A stretch of DNA of 64,000 nucleotides from an uncultured Pseudomonadota bacterium (GTDB lineage: Bacteria; Pseudomonadota; Gammaproteobacteria; Steroidobacterales; Steroidobacteraceae). Location: NCBI GenBank assembly GCA_963726045.1, contig CAVSAZ010000011.1:402252-466251 (forward strand), read 5' to 3'. Under the pieces are notes generated by a model. It worked only from the letters and a program-made list of their open reading frames with translations. It was not told where the DNA came from and did no database searches. Shown one piece after another: positions 1 through 11,230 of this stretch (position 1 is the stretch's first letter; each line of letters starts with the position of its first letter). A program made the translations under genes and the position numbers.

Positions 1-35
1 GGGTGTATAGTCGCCGCCGGTCGTGGAGGTTCCGT

Positions 36-314
36 ATGCGCTCGACAAAACTCCTGGCACTGCTGATCGGCTGCGCAATCGCGGGAGGCGCGGCTGCCGA
101 GACGACGATCGTCGACGGGCAGGTGCAGCTCGCGCAGTCCGCTGTCTCGCGCCCGGGGCGCGGCACCACCATGCGTGACGTCGAGGCCAAATTCGGCACG
201 CCGGCGAAGCGTTACGCCGCCGTTGGCAAACCGCCGATCACCCGCTGGGACTATCCTTCCTTCTCAGTCTATTTCGAGTACAGCCGGGTCGTGCACTCGG
301 TCGTGCATGACTGA
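36..314 (+). CDS. small exported protein, function unknown
   Basis: ATG at 36 inside ORF 3..314. The N-terminus MRSTKLLALLIGCAIAGGAAA looks like a Sec signal peptide. The frame is uninterrupted to TGA 312-314. I do not recognise the family with certainty. Confidence 0.55.
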   Translation: MRSTKLLALLIGCAIAGGAAAETTIVDGQVQLAQSAVSRPGRGTTMRDVEAKFGTPAKRYAAVGKPPITRWDYPSFSVYFEYSRVVHSVVHD

Positions 315-317
315 TTT

Positions 318-2274
318 TCAGTTCTTCGCGGCGGTGATCTCGTCCAGGTAATCGGGCGCGCCGTCGACGCGCACCAGGTGGGGATACTGCAGCCCGCCGT
401 GGTAATCGACCGCGATGGTCCTGTAGCCACCCTGATAGTTGAGCGCCAGCCTGATCGGCTCGCCGCCATGCTCGGCGGCCAGGATCGCATCCGTCAGCAC
501 CGCGGGCGAATAGACCTGTCCGTTCACGGCCACCAGCGTCGCGCCGCTCGAGACACCGGCTTTGAAGGCGGGGCCGTTCCAGCGCACATCGTCGATCGCA
601 CCGCTGTTGGTCAGCGTCAGGCCGATGGAGTAGGTGAAGCTGATCAGGTGACGGCTGGAGGCGCCGGAGTCGTATTCCTTCTGGAATTCGCTCTCCTGAT
701 CGTTGTACACCAGCTTCCAGCCGCTCGCCTCGAGGCCAGCCAGGGGCGGCTGATGCGCGTTCAGCCGCTGCTGCAGGAAGTCCGGCCCAGTCGTACTTGA
801 CCACCCAATTCAGGGCGGCGACGACATCGTCGAACGTGTAGGTCCTGGTGACGAAGCTGCCGTTGTCGACACCGAAGAAATGCGCTGGCGAAGGTGTCGA
901 GCGACTTCCGGTCGCCGGTGAGAGAGCGGATCTTGGCATCGACCTCCAGCCAGAGGAACTGCCCGGCGCTGTAGTACTCCTCGCTCATCTGCCAGCTACG
1001 GTAGGGCAGCGGCTGGCGGTGCGCGGCGGTCGGATCGTTGGTGGTGTCAGCAATGGTGCGCCACGCGAAACCGGGCCGGTTGCGGTCGTAGTTGGCCGCC
1101 ACCAGCGCCAGCGCTTCGCGGAACTGCTCGGCGCTCCACATGCCGGAGCGCGCGGTCAGCACGTACCCCCAATACTGGGTCTGGCCCTCGTAAACCCACA
1201 GCAGCGAGTCACCCATGGGCACGTTGAAGATTGGGTGTCCACAGATCCGCCGGACGCGGAACTTGCCGTTCCAGGAGTGGTTGTACTCGTGCGCCAGCAG
1301 GTCGCGCCCGGGCGCGCTCTTGTCCCAGTCGGTGAAATAGTCGGCGCGCGTGCCGTCCTCGCTCGAGCGGTGATGCTCGAGGCCGTTGCCGGTCAGCTGG
1401 TCCGACAGCGAGAAGAGGAAGTCGTAATGATTGTAGTGATGCGAGCCGAAGAGCCTGTAGGTCTGCGTCACCAGGTTGCGATGGACCTGCAGCTGCGCGG
1501 GTGTCATCTCGAGGTACTTCGGTGCGTCGGCGACCACGTCCAGGTGAACGGGAACCGCGGCGCCCGGGTCGAGATCGACCCGCTCGAAGTAGAGACCCGC
1601 GTACATCGGCGAATCGATCAGCGTGTTGTAGGTCACCGGCTTGAAGGCCGTGGTGTCGCCGGAGCTGGGAGAGCGTATCCAGCGCCGTGCCGAACTGCCA
1701 GCCATGAGGCAGCGTCACGCTCGGCGCGAACGTGATGTCGCGTGAGTAATAGCCGGCCGGATACAGGGACACATCGTTCCATTCGCAGCGACAACATCCG
1801 GTCGGTCATCTGGATGCGCTCCAGGCCGCTGCGCCCGGAGAGATACTGGAAGTCGACATCGAGGCTGGAGACGTCCCGCGGCACATCGACATGGAAGGCG
1901 TAGACGTTATATTCGTCCCGCGTCCACTGCAGCCGTCTGCCGTTAGCCGTGATGGTGAGCCCGGCGAGCATGGCGATCGGGCCGCTCGGGGAGTGGTTAC
2001 CGGGGATCCACATCGGATAGAGCAGCGTCAGCTGCGCCGCTAACTGACCGGGAGCACTTCGTGCACACGGAAGATCCCTTGCGCGGTATCGCTGGCGTCC
2101 ACCGCGAGATCGAATGGTGCCCGGATACCGTGTATCCGTGGGCGGGCTGATGGATGCATCGGCCGCGGCAGCCGCCGCGAGACCCGCAGCGGTCGCGCCA
2201 CAGGTGCAGAACGCGAGAGCTGCCAGCAGGGGGGCCGGGAAAGACTGTAACAATCGACTGCTTGCGCTTGACAT
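318..2274 (-). CDS. M61-family zinc metallopeptidase with C-terminal PDZ domain; frame broken several times
   Basis: Three collinear pieces of one protein lie in different frames: 1633..2376 (signal peptide [25 protein letters not shown] 2274), 761..1705 (HEYNH zinc motif, LLWVYEGQTQYWG) and 318..710 (PDZ-like GVSSGATLVAVNG). Pieces in 2040..2402 and 238..939 add further frame changes, at least five in total. Confidence 0.75.
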
Positions 2275-2483
2275 GGGGGCGGTTCCAAAACAACTGCGCC
2301 GACGGTAATATCGTCGTTCCACGTTCGCCAGCGCGCATACCGCATGGAGCGAACCGCTCGGCGATTGTCGTCCCATGCCATCGAGCGCCGCGCTACCGGC
2401 ACCGAACCGCTGGGCGCCCGGTAAACCTATGGTAACCTTCTATTTTCGCAGAAGAATATTGGCCGTAATTTTGGGGATAGACT

Positions 2484-3300
2484 TTGTCCGTCGATGAGTC
2501 TCTGAAGACGCACATCGAGGAGCTGGTGCGTGCGGGAGCCGTGCGCCGCAAGCTCGCCGCCGCGCAACTGGAGGCCGAGATCCGGCGGCGCGAGGAAGTC
2601 CTGCGCCGCACCTTTCGCCGCTATCTGTCGCCGCGGCTCGCCGACAAGATTCTCGAGGATGCGCAGCTGCGCGACACGCTGCTGTCGACGCAGGATCTGC
2701 GCGCGCACGCCGTCGTCCTGTTTGCGGATCTGCGCGGGTTCACTACCATTTCGGAGCGGCTGGAGCCGAGCCAGGTGGTGCCGCTTCTCAATGAATTCTT
2801 CTCACTCCTGACCGAGATCACCTTCCGCCACGACGGCACGGTATTCCACATGGCGGGAGACTGCCTGATGCTCGGCTTCGGGGTACCGGCCGAACAGTCG
2901 GACAGCCCCTGCCGGGCGGTGCGCGCGGCCAAGGAGATGCTCGAGAACTTCAAAGCGCTGGCGCACTCGTGGAAAGATCGGTACGGCGTCGATGCCGGCC
3001 TCGGTATCGGGATCAACGAGGGAGCCGTGGTCGCGGGCAACATCGGATCGACCTCGTACATGAGCTACACGCTCATCGGCGATACCGTCAACGTCGCAGC
3101 GCGGCTCTGTCAGCGCGCCCGCGCCGGCGAGATGCTGTTCTCGCGCACGGTCAAGCAATCGCTCGACTCGCGCGGGCTCGACATCGGCGCCACCCCGCTG
3201 CCGCCCATGCAGGTGCGGGGGCGCTCCGGCTCCGATAGACATCTTTTGCGTGCCCGTCGTGGAGCGCCTACAGGTCACGGGAATCCCCGTCGCGATTTGA
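2484..3300 (+). CDS. class III adenylate/guanylate cyclase with a short coiled-coil N-terminus and no recognisable sensor domain
   Basis: ORF 2484..3857 carries VVLFADLRGFTTISE, FHMAGDCLMLGFG, GINEGAVVAGNIGS and YTLIGDTVNVAARL. After ...MQVRGRS (~3228) the plausible C-terminus APIDIFCVPVVERLQVTGIPVAI continues in the +1 frame to TGA 3298-3300, which fits a 1-nt insertion. TTG start at 2484 is assumed. Confidence 0.75.
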
Positions 3301-6300
3301 GAGTCCTCGATCCGCCCGTTCCGAGCGCCGCCCGGCATCTGCGCTGGCACCAGCTTCACGGCAGTGCGCCCGCCCTGGCGCTTGCCGAAGCCACGCATGG
3401 CGACCAGCGGTTGTATGTCATCGTGGCCGATGCCGCCCGCGAGCTCGATCGGCTGGCGGCGGAGCTGCGCTTCTTCGCGGGCGAGCGTCTGACGCTGCTT
3501 GCTTTCCCCGACTGGGAAGTGCTGCCGTACGATCTCTTCTCGCCGCATCCGGACATCATCTCGGAGCGCCTGCGGACACTCTTCGAGCTGCCCCAGACCC
3601 GGCACGGATGTCTGATCGTCGCCGCGGACACGCTCATGCAGCGGCTGCCGGCCGAAGCATTACGTGCAGAGCCGCGCCTTCGAGCTGGTGCGCGGTCAGG
3701 CCCTGGCGCTCGAGCCCTTCCGCCAGAGGTTGACGGACGCCGGTTATGCGAGTGTCAGTCAGGTCACGAGCCCCGGCGAGTTCGCGGTCCGCGGCTCGCT
3801 GTTCGATGTCTTCCCGATGGGCGCGGCGACGCCGCTGCGCATCGATCTGTTCGATGAGGAAATCGAGGCCATTCGCCGCTTCGATCCGGAAACGCAACGC
3901 TCGCTCGATGCGCTCGACAGCGTCCGACTCCTGCCCGCGCGTGAGATGCCGCTCGATGCGGATGCGGTACGGGAGTTCAGACGGCGCTTCCGTACACGCT
4001 TCGAAGGGGACCCAAACCGCACCACCATCTACCGCGGTGTCAGTGAGGGGCTGGCACCGGCGGGTATCGAGTTCTACCTGCCGCTCTTCTTCGAGGAGAC
4101 GGCGACGCTGCTCGACTACCTTCCCGCCAACGCGGTCATCGTGCACGACGCCGCCCTGCCCGCCGCGCTGGACAAGGCCTGGAGCGGGATCGCGACCCGC
4201 TACGAGGATCGACGGCACGACATCGAGCGGCCGATCCTCGCACCCGTGGAGGTCTTTGCCGAGCCGCGCGAGCTGGAAGCGAAGCTCGCAGGCTTCGCCG
4301 CCATCACCCTCGAGGCATTCAAGGTGGACACCACCCTCGGCACGGCGGTGGCGGAAGTGCGCAACTTCCCCACGGTCGAGCCGCGCGATCTGCGGGTCGA
4401 CGCGCGGGCGGAGCGACCGCTCGCCGCCCTCGATGACTTTCTTGTCGAGTTCGATGGCCGGGTGTTGATAGCCGCTGACTCGCCCGGTCGGCGCGAGGTG
4501 CTGCACGACATGCTGCGCGGGCACGGACTCGCAGTCGATGCCGTACCGGGTTGGGAAGGATTTGCCGGCGGCACCGCGCCTCTGGCGCTGACGGTCGCAG
4601 CGGATCTCGGCGGCCTGACACTCACACAGCCGCGGATCGCCATCATCTCCGAGGCGCAGCTGTTCGGCGCCCGCGCCCCGCAGGAGCGCCGGCGAAAGCG
4701 CGCGGCCGTCGATCCGGAAGCCATTCTGCGCGACCTGCAGGACCTCAATCCCGGAGCTCCGGTGGTCCACGAGGAGTACGGCGTCGGGCGCTACGTCGGC
4801 CTGCAATCGATGGAGGTCGCGGAACAGCCCGGCGAATTCCTGGTCCTCGAGTATCTCGACGGCGATCGCGTGTATGTGCCGGTCCAGGCGCTGCACCTGG
4901 TCACCCGTTACACCGGCGCCGCCCCGGAGAGCGCCCCGCTGCACAAGCTCGGCACGGACCAGTGGGCGAAGGCGCGCAAGCGCGCCGCCGACCAGATCCG
5001 CGACGTCGCGGCGGAGCTGCTCGATCTCTATGCGCGCCGCAAGGCGCAGAAAGGCCTGCAGCTCACGCTGAACGAGAGCGACTATCAGACATTCGCCGAT
5101 GCCTTTCCATTCGAGGAAACGGACGATCAGGCCGAAGCCATAACCAAGGTGCTCGCCGATCTCCAGAGCGACCGTCCGATGGACCGGATCGTCTGCGGCG
5201 ATGTCGGCTTCGGCAAGACCGAGGTGGCGATGCGCGCGGCCTTCGTCGCGACTCAGGCCGGCAAACAGGTCGCGGTACTGGCACCGACCACGCTATTGGT
5301 GCAGCAGCACGTCGCCAACTTCCGCGACCGCTTCGCCGACTGGCCGGTGCGCGTCGAAGGGCTGTCGCGCTTCGGCAACGCCAAGGAGACTCAGGCCACG
5401 GTCGAGGGGATCGAGCGCGGCTCCGTCGACCTGGTGGTGGCCACGCACCGCCTGCTGCACACGCATGCCCGGTTCAAGGACCTCGGCCTGCTCATCGTCG
5501 ATGAGGAGCACCGCTTCGGGGTGCGCGACAAGGAGCGGCTGCAGGCGCTGCGCGCCAACGTGCACGTTCTGACACTCACGGCCACGCCCATCCCGCGCAC
5601 ACTCAACATGGCGCTCGGCGGCCTGCGCGACCTGTCGCTGATCACCACACCGCCCGCGGAGCGGCTTGCGATCAAGACCTTCGTGATCGAATGGCACGGG
5701 CCGACGCTGCGCGAGGCGGTGCTGCGCGAGCTGCGCCGCGGCGGCCAGATCTACTTCGTGCACAACGAGATCCGCAGCATCGACAAAATCGCCGCCGAGG
5801 TGCAGGCGCTCGTCCCCGAGGCGAGCGTCAGGATCGGCCACGGCCAGATGCGGGAGCGCGATCTGGAACAGCTGATGGTGGACTTCTATCACCGCCGCTT
5901 CGACCTGCTGCTCTGCACCACCATCATCGAGAGCGGCATCGACGTCCCCACCGCCAACACCATCGTCATCAACCGGGCCGACCACATGGGTCTGGCGCAG
6001 CTCCATCAGCTGCGCGGCCGCGTCGGACGCTCGCACCATCGGGCTTATGCCTATCTCGTCGCCCCGCCGCGCAAAGCACTCGCGGGCGATGCGGCCAAGC
6101 GGCTCGAGGCGATCGAGTCGATGGAGGAGCTCGGTGCCGGCTTCGTGCTCGCGACCCACGATCTCGAGATTCGCGGCGCTGGTGAGCTCCTCGGTGAGCA
6201 GCAGAGCGGTCAGATGACGGAGATCGGGCTCGCCCTGTACCTCGATCTGCTCGAGCACGCGGTGAAGGCACTGAAGGAAGGGCGCGAGCCCGTGCTCGAC

Positions 6301-6759
6301 AAGCCGCTGGCGGCCGCCACTGAAGTCGAGTTGCGCCTGCCGGCGTTCCTGCCGGAGACGTTCATAAGCGATGTGCACGTACGCCTCGGACTTTACAAGC
6401 GCATTGCTGCCGCCGAGAGCCCCGAGGCGCTCGATGACCTGACCGCGGAAGTTCACGATCGTTTCGGCGCCCTGCCCCCAGCGGCGCAGAGCCTCATCCG
6501 CATCGCGAAACTGAAGCTCACGGCTCGGGCGCTCGGGATCCGCCGGCTCGATCTCGGACCGCAGGGAGGTTCGGTTACATTCGAGGAGCGCAATGCGATC
6601 GAGCCGGCGACGGTGGTGCGCCTGATGCAGCACGCACCGCGCGAGTATCGGCTGGAAGGGCCACTGCGACTGCGCATCGCGCGCGCCATGCCGACGGAGG
6701 CAGCGCGCTTCGAGTTCGGCGCCAGCCTGATGAAGCGTCTGGCGGCGCGTTCCCGTTAG
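3297..6759 (+). CDS. mfd: transcription-repair coupling factor Mfd (one frame change near 3650)
   Basis: N-terminus LRWHQLHGSAPALALAEA...FPDWEVLPYDLFSPHPDIISERL...TLMQRLP lies in the 2484 frame. The rest is ORF 3664..6759, with VHEEYGVGRY, FPFEETDDQ, GDVGFGKTEVAMRAAF, DEEHRFGV, the TRG motif and the C-terminal domain. The start (TTG 3297 overlapping the cyclase TGA) is tentative. Confidence 0.9.
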
Positions 6760-6779
6760 GTCGGGTAGACTGCCCTCAT

Positions 6780-7544
6780 ATGACACCCCGAAGCTTTGCC
6801 TGCCGGCTCGCCGTTCTCGGCGTTGCGCTGCTCGCGTCCGTGCCGGCATTTGCGCAGAGCTCGGGCACTCGAGCGCCACCGCAGGCCCGCCCTTCACCTC
6901 CCGCGGCCTCACCGCCGGGCGCAGCTGCTCAATCCGCCGTCCCACCCGCCTCAACCCAAGGCGGCCCGTCGCAAACTGCTCCCGCCCAGGCGTACAGCGG
7001 GCCGGCATACGACCTCGAGATCGTCGTGTTCCGCACCAAGACCGCCCAGGGTCAGCCTGAGAACTGGGCGGCTGAGACCACTGCCAGCAGCGCCACCGTG
7101 GCCGGCGGCGAGGCTGCGAGCGGCTCCGGCACGGCAGGCAGGCTGGTGACGGTCTTACCGGCCTCGGCCTACCGCCTGGCCGGGATCGAGGCGAGATTGC
7201 GCACCAGCGGCACCTATCAGCCCGTCGCGCACGCCGCCTGGGTGCAGACCGCGAGTGCATGGGGAACTCACTCCGGCTTCCCTCTCGAGTCCCTCGGCAT
7301 CAATGTACCGGGGCTCACGGGCATCGTATCCCTGGAGCGGGGCGAGTTCCTCCACCTCGGCATGACGCTCAACTACACCATGCAGGACCCGCCCCCGGGC
7401 CTGAACGCACCTCCCGGGACAACTTTCGTGATGAACGAGACACGGCGGGTGCGCTTCTTTCAGCGCAACTACTACGACCATCCGGCGTTCGGTGTCATAG
7501 CGCTCATTACACCTGAGCGAGGTCCCCGCCCCCCGGGCCGGTGA
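6780..7544 (+). CDS. CsiV-family (DUF2803) periplasmic peptidoglycan-associated protein
   Basis: Intact 254-aa ORF with a signal peptide (LLASVPAFA) and a Pro/Ala-rich linker. It carries YDLEIVVF, YQPVAHAAWVQ, GIVSLERGEFLHLGMTL and RRVRFFQRNYYDHPAFGVIALITP, as I recall for the CsiV family. The position directly after mfd matches Vibrio. Confidence 0.65.
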   Translation: MTPRSFACRLAVLGVALLASVPAFAQSSGTRAPPQARPSPPAASPPGAAAQSAVPPASTQGGPSQTAPAQAYSGPAYDLEIVVFRTKTAQGQPENWAAETTASSATVAGGEAASGSGTAGRLVTVLPASAYRLAGIEARLRTSGTYQPVAHAAWVQTASAWGTHSGFPLESLGINVPGLTGIVSLERGEFLHLGMTLNYTMQDPPPGLNAPPGTTFVMNETRRVRFFQRNYYDHPAFGVIALITPERGPRPPGR

Positions 7545-8709
7545 CCCCGGTGCGCAACTCACTTGCGGCGGTCGTCGCGCTCCTGCCATTGTGCGGGTCG
7601 GTCGCCAGTGCGTACGCGTCTGGCCGCGTTACCGAGACAGTCATGGCCAGCATCGTCGATGGATCGGTTCGGCCGGTCCTCGAGAAGTATCGCATTCCGG
7701 GCATGGCGGTCGGGGTAACGCTCGGCAGGCACTGCTACGTGTTCAATTACGGGATGGCGGTCGTGGCGAGCAGAAAGCCCGTCACCAACACCACGCTGTT
7801 CGAGCTTGGCTCGATCAGCAAGACCTTCACTGCGACACTCCCGCTTATGCCGAGATCAAGGGTTACCTATCCCTGTCCGACACGACCGGGAAGTATCTGC
7901 GCGTGCTGCGGGGCAGCAGGTTCGGCGAGACCACCCTTCTCGAGCTCGGCACGCATACCCCCGGTGGCCTCCCGTTACAGGTGCCGCATGACGTTCACAG
8001 CGTGGATGGGCTCCTGGCGTATTTCATGAGGTGGCATCCGAGCTGTACGCCCGGAACCTGCCGCACCTACGCCAACGCAGGAATCGGCACGCTCGGCCTC
8101 ATCACCGCAAACAGTATGAACGCGAGCTTTGAGACGCTCATGGGACTTCGGCTCCTGCCGGCTCTAGGCATGAGGAACACCTATATCAGGATACCGGCGG
8201 CGCGAGCCGCGGATTATGCTGAGGGCTATGTGCGCGCCGACACACCGATTCGCATGACGCCTGGGGTTTTGGACTCAGAGACCTACGGCCTCAAGAGCAC
8301 CGCTGCCGACATGGCGCGCTTCCTGCAGGAAAATATGGGTTTGGTCGCACTCGAGCCGCAGCTCGAGCGCGCCCTGGCGGCCACGCACACCGGCTACTTC
8401 CAGGCGGGCGTGATGACCCAGGATCTGATCTGGGAACAGTACCCCTATCCGGCGACCCGGCGCGACCTGTTGGCAGGGAATTCCTATGCGATGATACTCC
8501 GCGCCACTGCGGTGACCCGGCTATCACCGCCCGAGCGGCCGCGGCAGGATGTCTGGATCGACAAGACGGGCTCGACCAATGGCTTTGGCGCCTATGTGGC
8601 GTTCATCCCGGCAAAACAATTGGGCATAGTAATCCTTGCCAATCGAAACTATCCGATCGAGGCACGGGTCACTGCGGCCTACCAGATCCTCACGGCGCTC
8701 GCCCAATGA
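7541..8709 (+). CDS. ampC: class C (AmpC-type) beta-lactamase, one frame change near 7843
   Basis: GTG 7541 overlaps the csiV-like TGA (GTGA). There is a signal peptide, then LFELGSISKTF (SxxK) in ORF 7541..8029. YANAGIG (YxN), DKTGSTNGFGAYVAFIP (KTG) and LANRNYP lie in ORF 7591..8709. Confidence 0.8.
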
Positions 8710-8923
8710 AACGGCCATCCATCGGCGCTCTCGGGTTGGCAGCCATTCCCTTCGTGGCCATGTGCTTCTCGGTCCGCTCTGGGATCGGGTCCAGCCCATG
8801 ATCCTCGGCCTGCCGTTCAATCTGTTCTGGCTCATCCTGTGGACCGTGCTGACACCCTGCTGCATGTTGGGTGCGTACCGCCTGGAGACCACGGGCAGCG
8901 GCACGACTGACCGCGGCACATGA
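8706..8923 (+). CDS. DUF3311 small membrane protein (symporter partner), frameshifted near 8775
   Basis: ATG 8706 overlaps the ampC TGA. MKRPSIGALGLAAIPFVAMCFSV continues in ORF 8636..8923 as PLWDRVQPMILGLPFNLFWLILWTVLTPCCMLGAYRLE. Confidence 0.6.
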
Positions 8924-10373
8924 CTCCCGCCGCGATCGCACTCACGCGTGATCGTCGCCATCGTGGCCGTCGGCACCGCGATCGGCTTCGTCGCGGGGGC
9001 GCGGCGGCGGATGGACCTCGAGCAATGGACGGTCGGCGGCCGGGGCTTCGGCACCGTGCTCGTGTTCCTGCTGATGGCGGGCGAGGTCTACACTACATTC
9101 GCCTTCCTCGGCATCAGCGGCTGGGCCTACAGCCGCGGCGGCCCGGCCCTGTACGCGTTGGCGTACCTCTCACTGGCCTACGTCGCGGCATTCTTCTTCC
9201 TGCCGCAACTGTGGGAGCTCGGCCGCAAGCACCACATGCAGACCCAGGCGGACTTCTTCGGGACCGTCTACCGCAACCCCTACCTCGCGGGATTCGTCTG
9301 CCTGGTGGGCATCCTGGCATTCGTGCCTTACATCCAGCTGCAGCTCGCCGGCATCGGCATCATCGTTTCCGTGGCAAGCTTCGGACACATCGGCCGCATC
9401 GCGGCCATGTCCGTTGGCACCATACTCATCGTCGCTTTCGTATTCGCCCACGGCGTGCGCGCGGTTGCATGCGGTGAGCATCGTGAAGGACCTTCTGATG
9501 CTCGATCGCGGCGATTGCCATCGGCGTCGGCATACCCCTTGCGCATTTCGGAGGTATCGGCGCGACGTTCGCAGCACTGGCGCACGCGCGGCCCGGGCAT
9601 CTGGTGATGCCCGGCGCGACGTCGAATCTCGGCCATTCCTGGTACATCTCGACCGTGCTCCTGACCTCCTGCGGCTTCTACATGTGGCCGCACGCGTTCG
9701 CGGCGACCTTCACGGCGCGCAGCGCCGATACGCTGCGCCGCAATGCAGTGGTGCTGCCGATCTACAGCCTCTCGCTGGCGCTGATGTTCTTCGCGGGCTG
9801 CGCGGTGGTCCTCATCATGCCCGACTTGCGCGACGGCGATCTGGGAGTCCTGACGGTCGCCAGCCGCACCTTCCCGCCCTGGTTCCTGGGCGTGATCGGC
9901 GGCGCCGGCGCGCTGACGGCGATGGTGCCGGCGGCCATTCTCCTCCTCACGGCCGCGACGCTGTTCGCGAAGAACCTGTACCGGCCGCTATTGGCCCCGG
10001 CGATGAGCGATGACGCCGTTGCCCGGCTGGCGCGCGCCATGGTCGATCGTACTCGGAGCGATCAGCCTGGGACTGGCAATCCATGGCGCCGGCACCCTGG
10101 TCGCTCTGCTCCTGACCGGCTATGCGATGGTGACGCAGTGCTTTCCCGGGGTAGTGCTCGGGATCTACTGGAAGCGGGTGACCGGCAGCGGCGTCTTCAT
10201 CGGCATGATAGCGGGCGTGGTCATCGCGGTGGCGCTGATGTCCGCTCACCTCGACCCGATAGTGGGGCTCAACGCCGGTTTCGTCGCACTCTGCATCAAC
10301 TTCGTCGTCACGATCGCCGCCAGCCTGGCGACGCCGGGCGCGTGCCACCGAAGTGCTGCCCGAGCCGATCTGA
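8920..10373 (+). CDS. sodium:solute symporter family transporter, at least four frame changes
   Basis: ATG 8920 overlaps the DUF3311 TGA (ATGA). Collinear transmembrane-rich fragments are 8948..9607, 9604..10518 and 10010..10468. The end at TGA 10371-10373 (ARATEVLPEPI) is tentative. Confidence 0.7.
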
Positions 10374-10376
10374 CGA

Positions 10377-11018
10377 TCAGCTCTGCGGCGACGGGCTCAA
10401 CCCCGGCTCAACGTCCATCACCATCCGCACCAGCTCGGCGAGCGAGGCCGCGCCGCTTTTGTCCATGACCCGCGCGCGGTGGATCTCGATCGTGCGCTGG
10501 CTGACGCCGAGCTCGTGAGCCATCACCTTGTTGGGCCTGCCACGTATCATCAGCGCCAGCACGTCGCGCTCGCGCGGCGTCAGCGACTCCAGGTTGGAGC
10601 GAATCATCTTGTGCCCCTCGAGGCCGGCGCGCGCCTCGGCGTCCTTGGCGAGCGCCCTCTGGATGCGCTCGATCAGGTCCTCGTCGCGGAACGGCTTCTG
10701 CAGGAAGTCGTGCGCGCCGTGCTGCATGGCCTCCACCGCCATCGGAATGTCGCCATGCCCGGTGATGAAGATCACCGGGATGATCGCGCCGCGCAGATTC
10801 AACTCCTGCTGCAGCTCGAGGCCGCTCATGCCGGGCATGCGCACATCGAGCACGAGACACCCCGTCTGAGCGGGATCGTACGATTCCAGGAATTCCGCGG
10901 CCGAGCCGAAGGCGCGACTCTCTATGCCGGCGGTGCGCAGCAGAAACCGCAGCGAGCTGCGCACCGACTCATCATCGTCGACCACGAAAACGACCGGGGA
11001 AAATGATTTCGCTATCAT
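10377..11018 (-). CDS. FixJ/NarL-type response regulator (REC + LuxR HTH)
   Basis: ATG at 11018 (MIAKSFSPVVFVVDDDESVR) within ORF 10377..11138. It has LVLDVRMPGMSG, ITGHGD and a C-terminal LTPRERDVL...GVSQRTIEIHRARVM. The frame is intact. Confidence 0.85.
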   Translation of the reverse strand: MIAKSFSPVVFVVDDDESVRSSLRFLLRTAGIESRAFGSAAEFLESYDPAQTGCLVLDVRMPGMSGLELQQELNLRGAIIPVIFITGHGDIPMAVEAMQHGAHDFLQKPFRDEDLIERIQRALAKDAEARAGLEGHKMIRSNLESLTPRERDVLALMIRGRPNKVMAHELGVSQRTIEIHRARVMDKSGAASLAELVRMVMDVEPGLSPSPQS

Positions 11019-11230
11019 TAGCAGGGGCCTCGTGCAACCTGCAAATCTTGGTATCCAATCATCGGAGCGCGGCCCCGGCGCTGTCAACGGTCCGGCCCTA
11101 GGGATGTGCACGTAGGCAGGTGTACCTATGCCGATCATCGCGGACCGCTCGATTCCGCGCTCCGCGCCGCAAATCCGGCCTAAAAAACCGCGAACCGGGT
11201 CAACGATCCATTATCCGGGCAGATTATGCT

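Noticed and set aside
2484-3857. A 457-aa ORF suggesting a cyclase-Mfd fusion protein.
   Set aside because: The cyclase C-terminus (APIDIFCVPV...) and its TGA are visible in the +1 frame at 3228-3300. A single inserted base creates the apparent fusion.
5293-7260. A 655-aa ORF antisense to mfd. Similar long antisense ORFs are 34523..36460 (opposite lepA), 39973..41703 (opposite sdhA), 59717..61249 (opposite pyrG) and 3634..4944.
   Set aside because: These are Arg/Ala/Gly/Pro-rich, low-complexity translations with no recognisable motifs, and each lies exactly opposite a strongly conserved gene. Long stop-free antisense frames are typical of high-GC DNA.
11019-11230. The regulator-motA intergenic region, searched for FNR/FixK-type (TTGAT-N4-ATCAA) or other obvious operator palindromes.
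   Set aside because: I found no convincing palindrome or repeat by eye.
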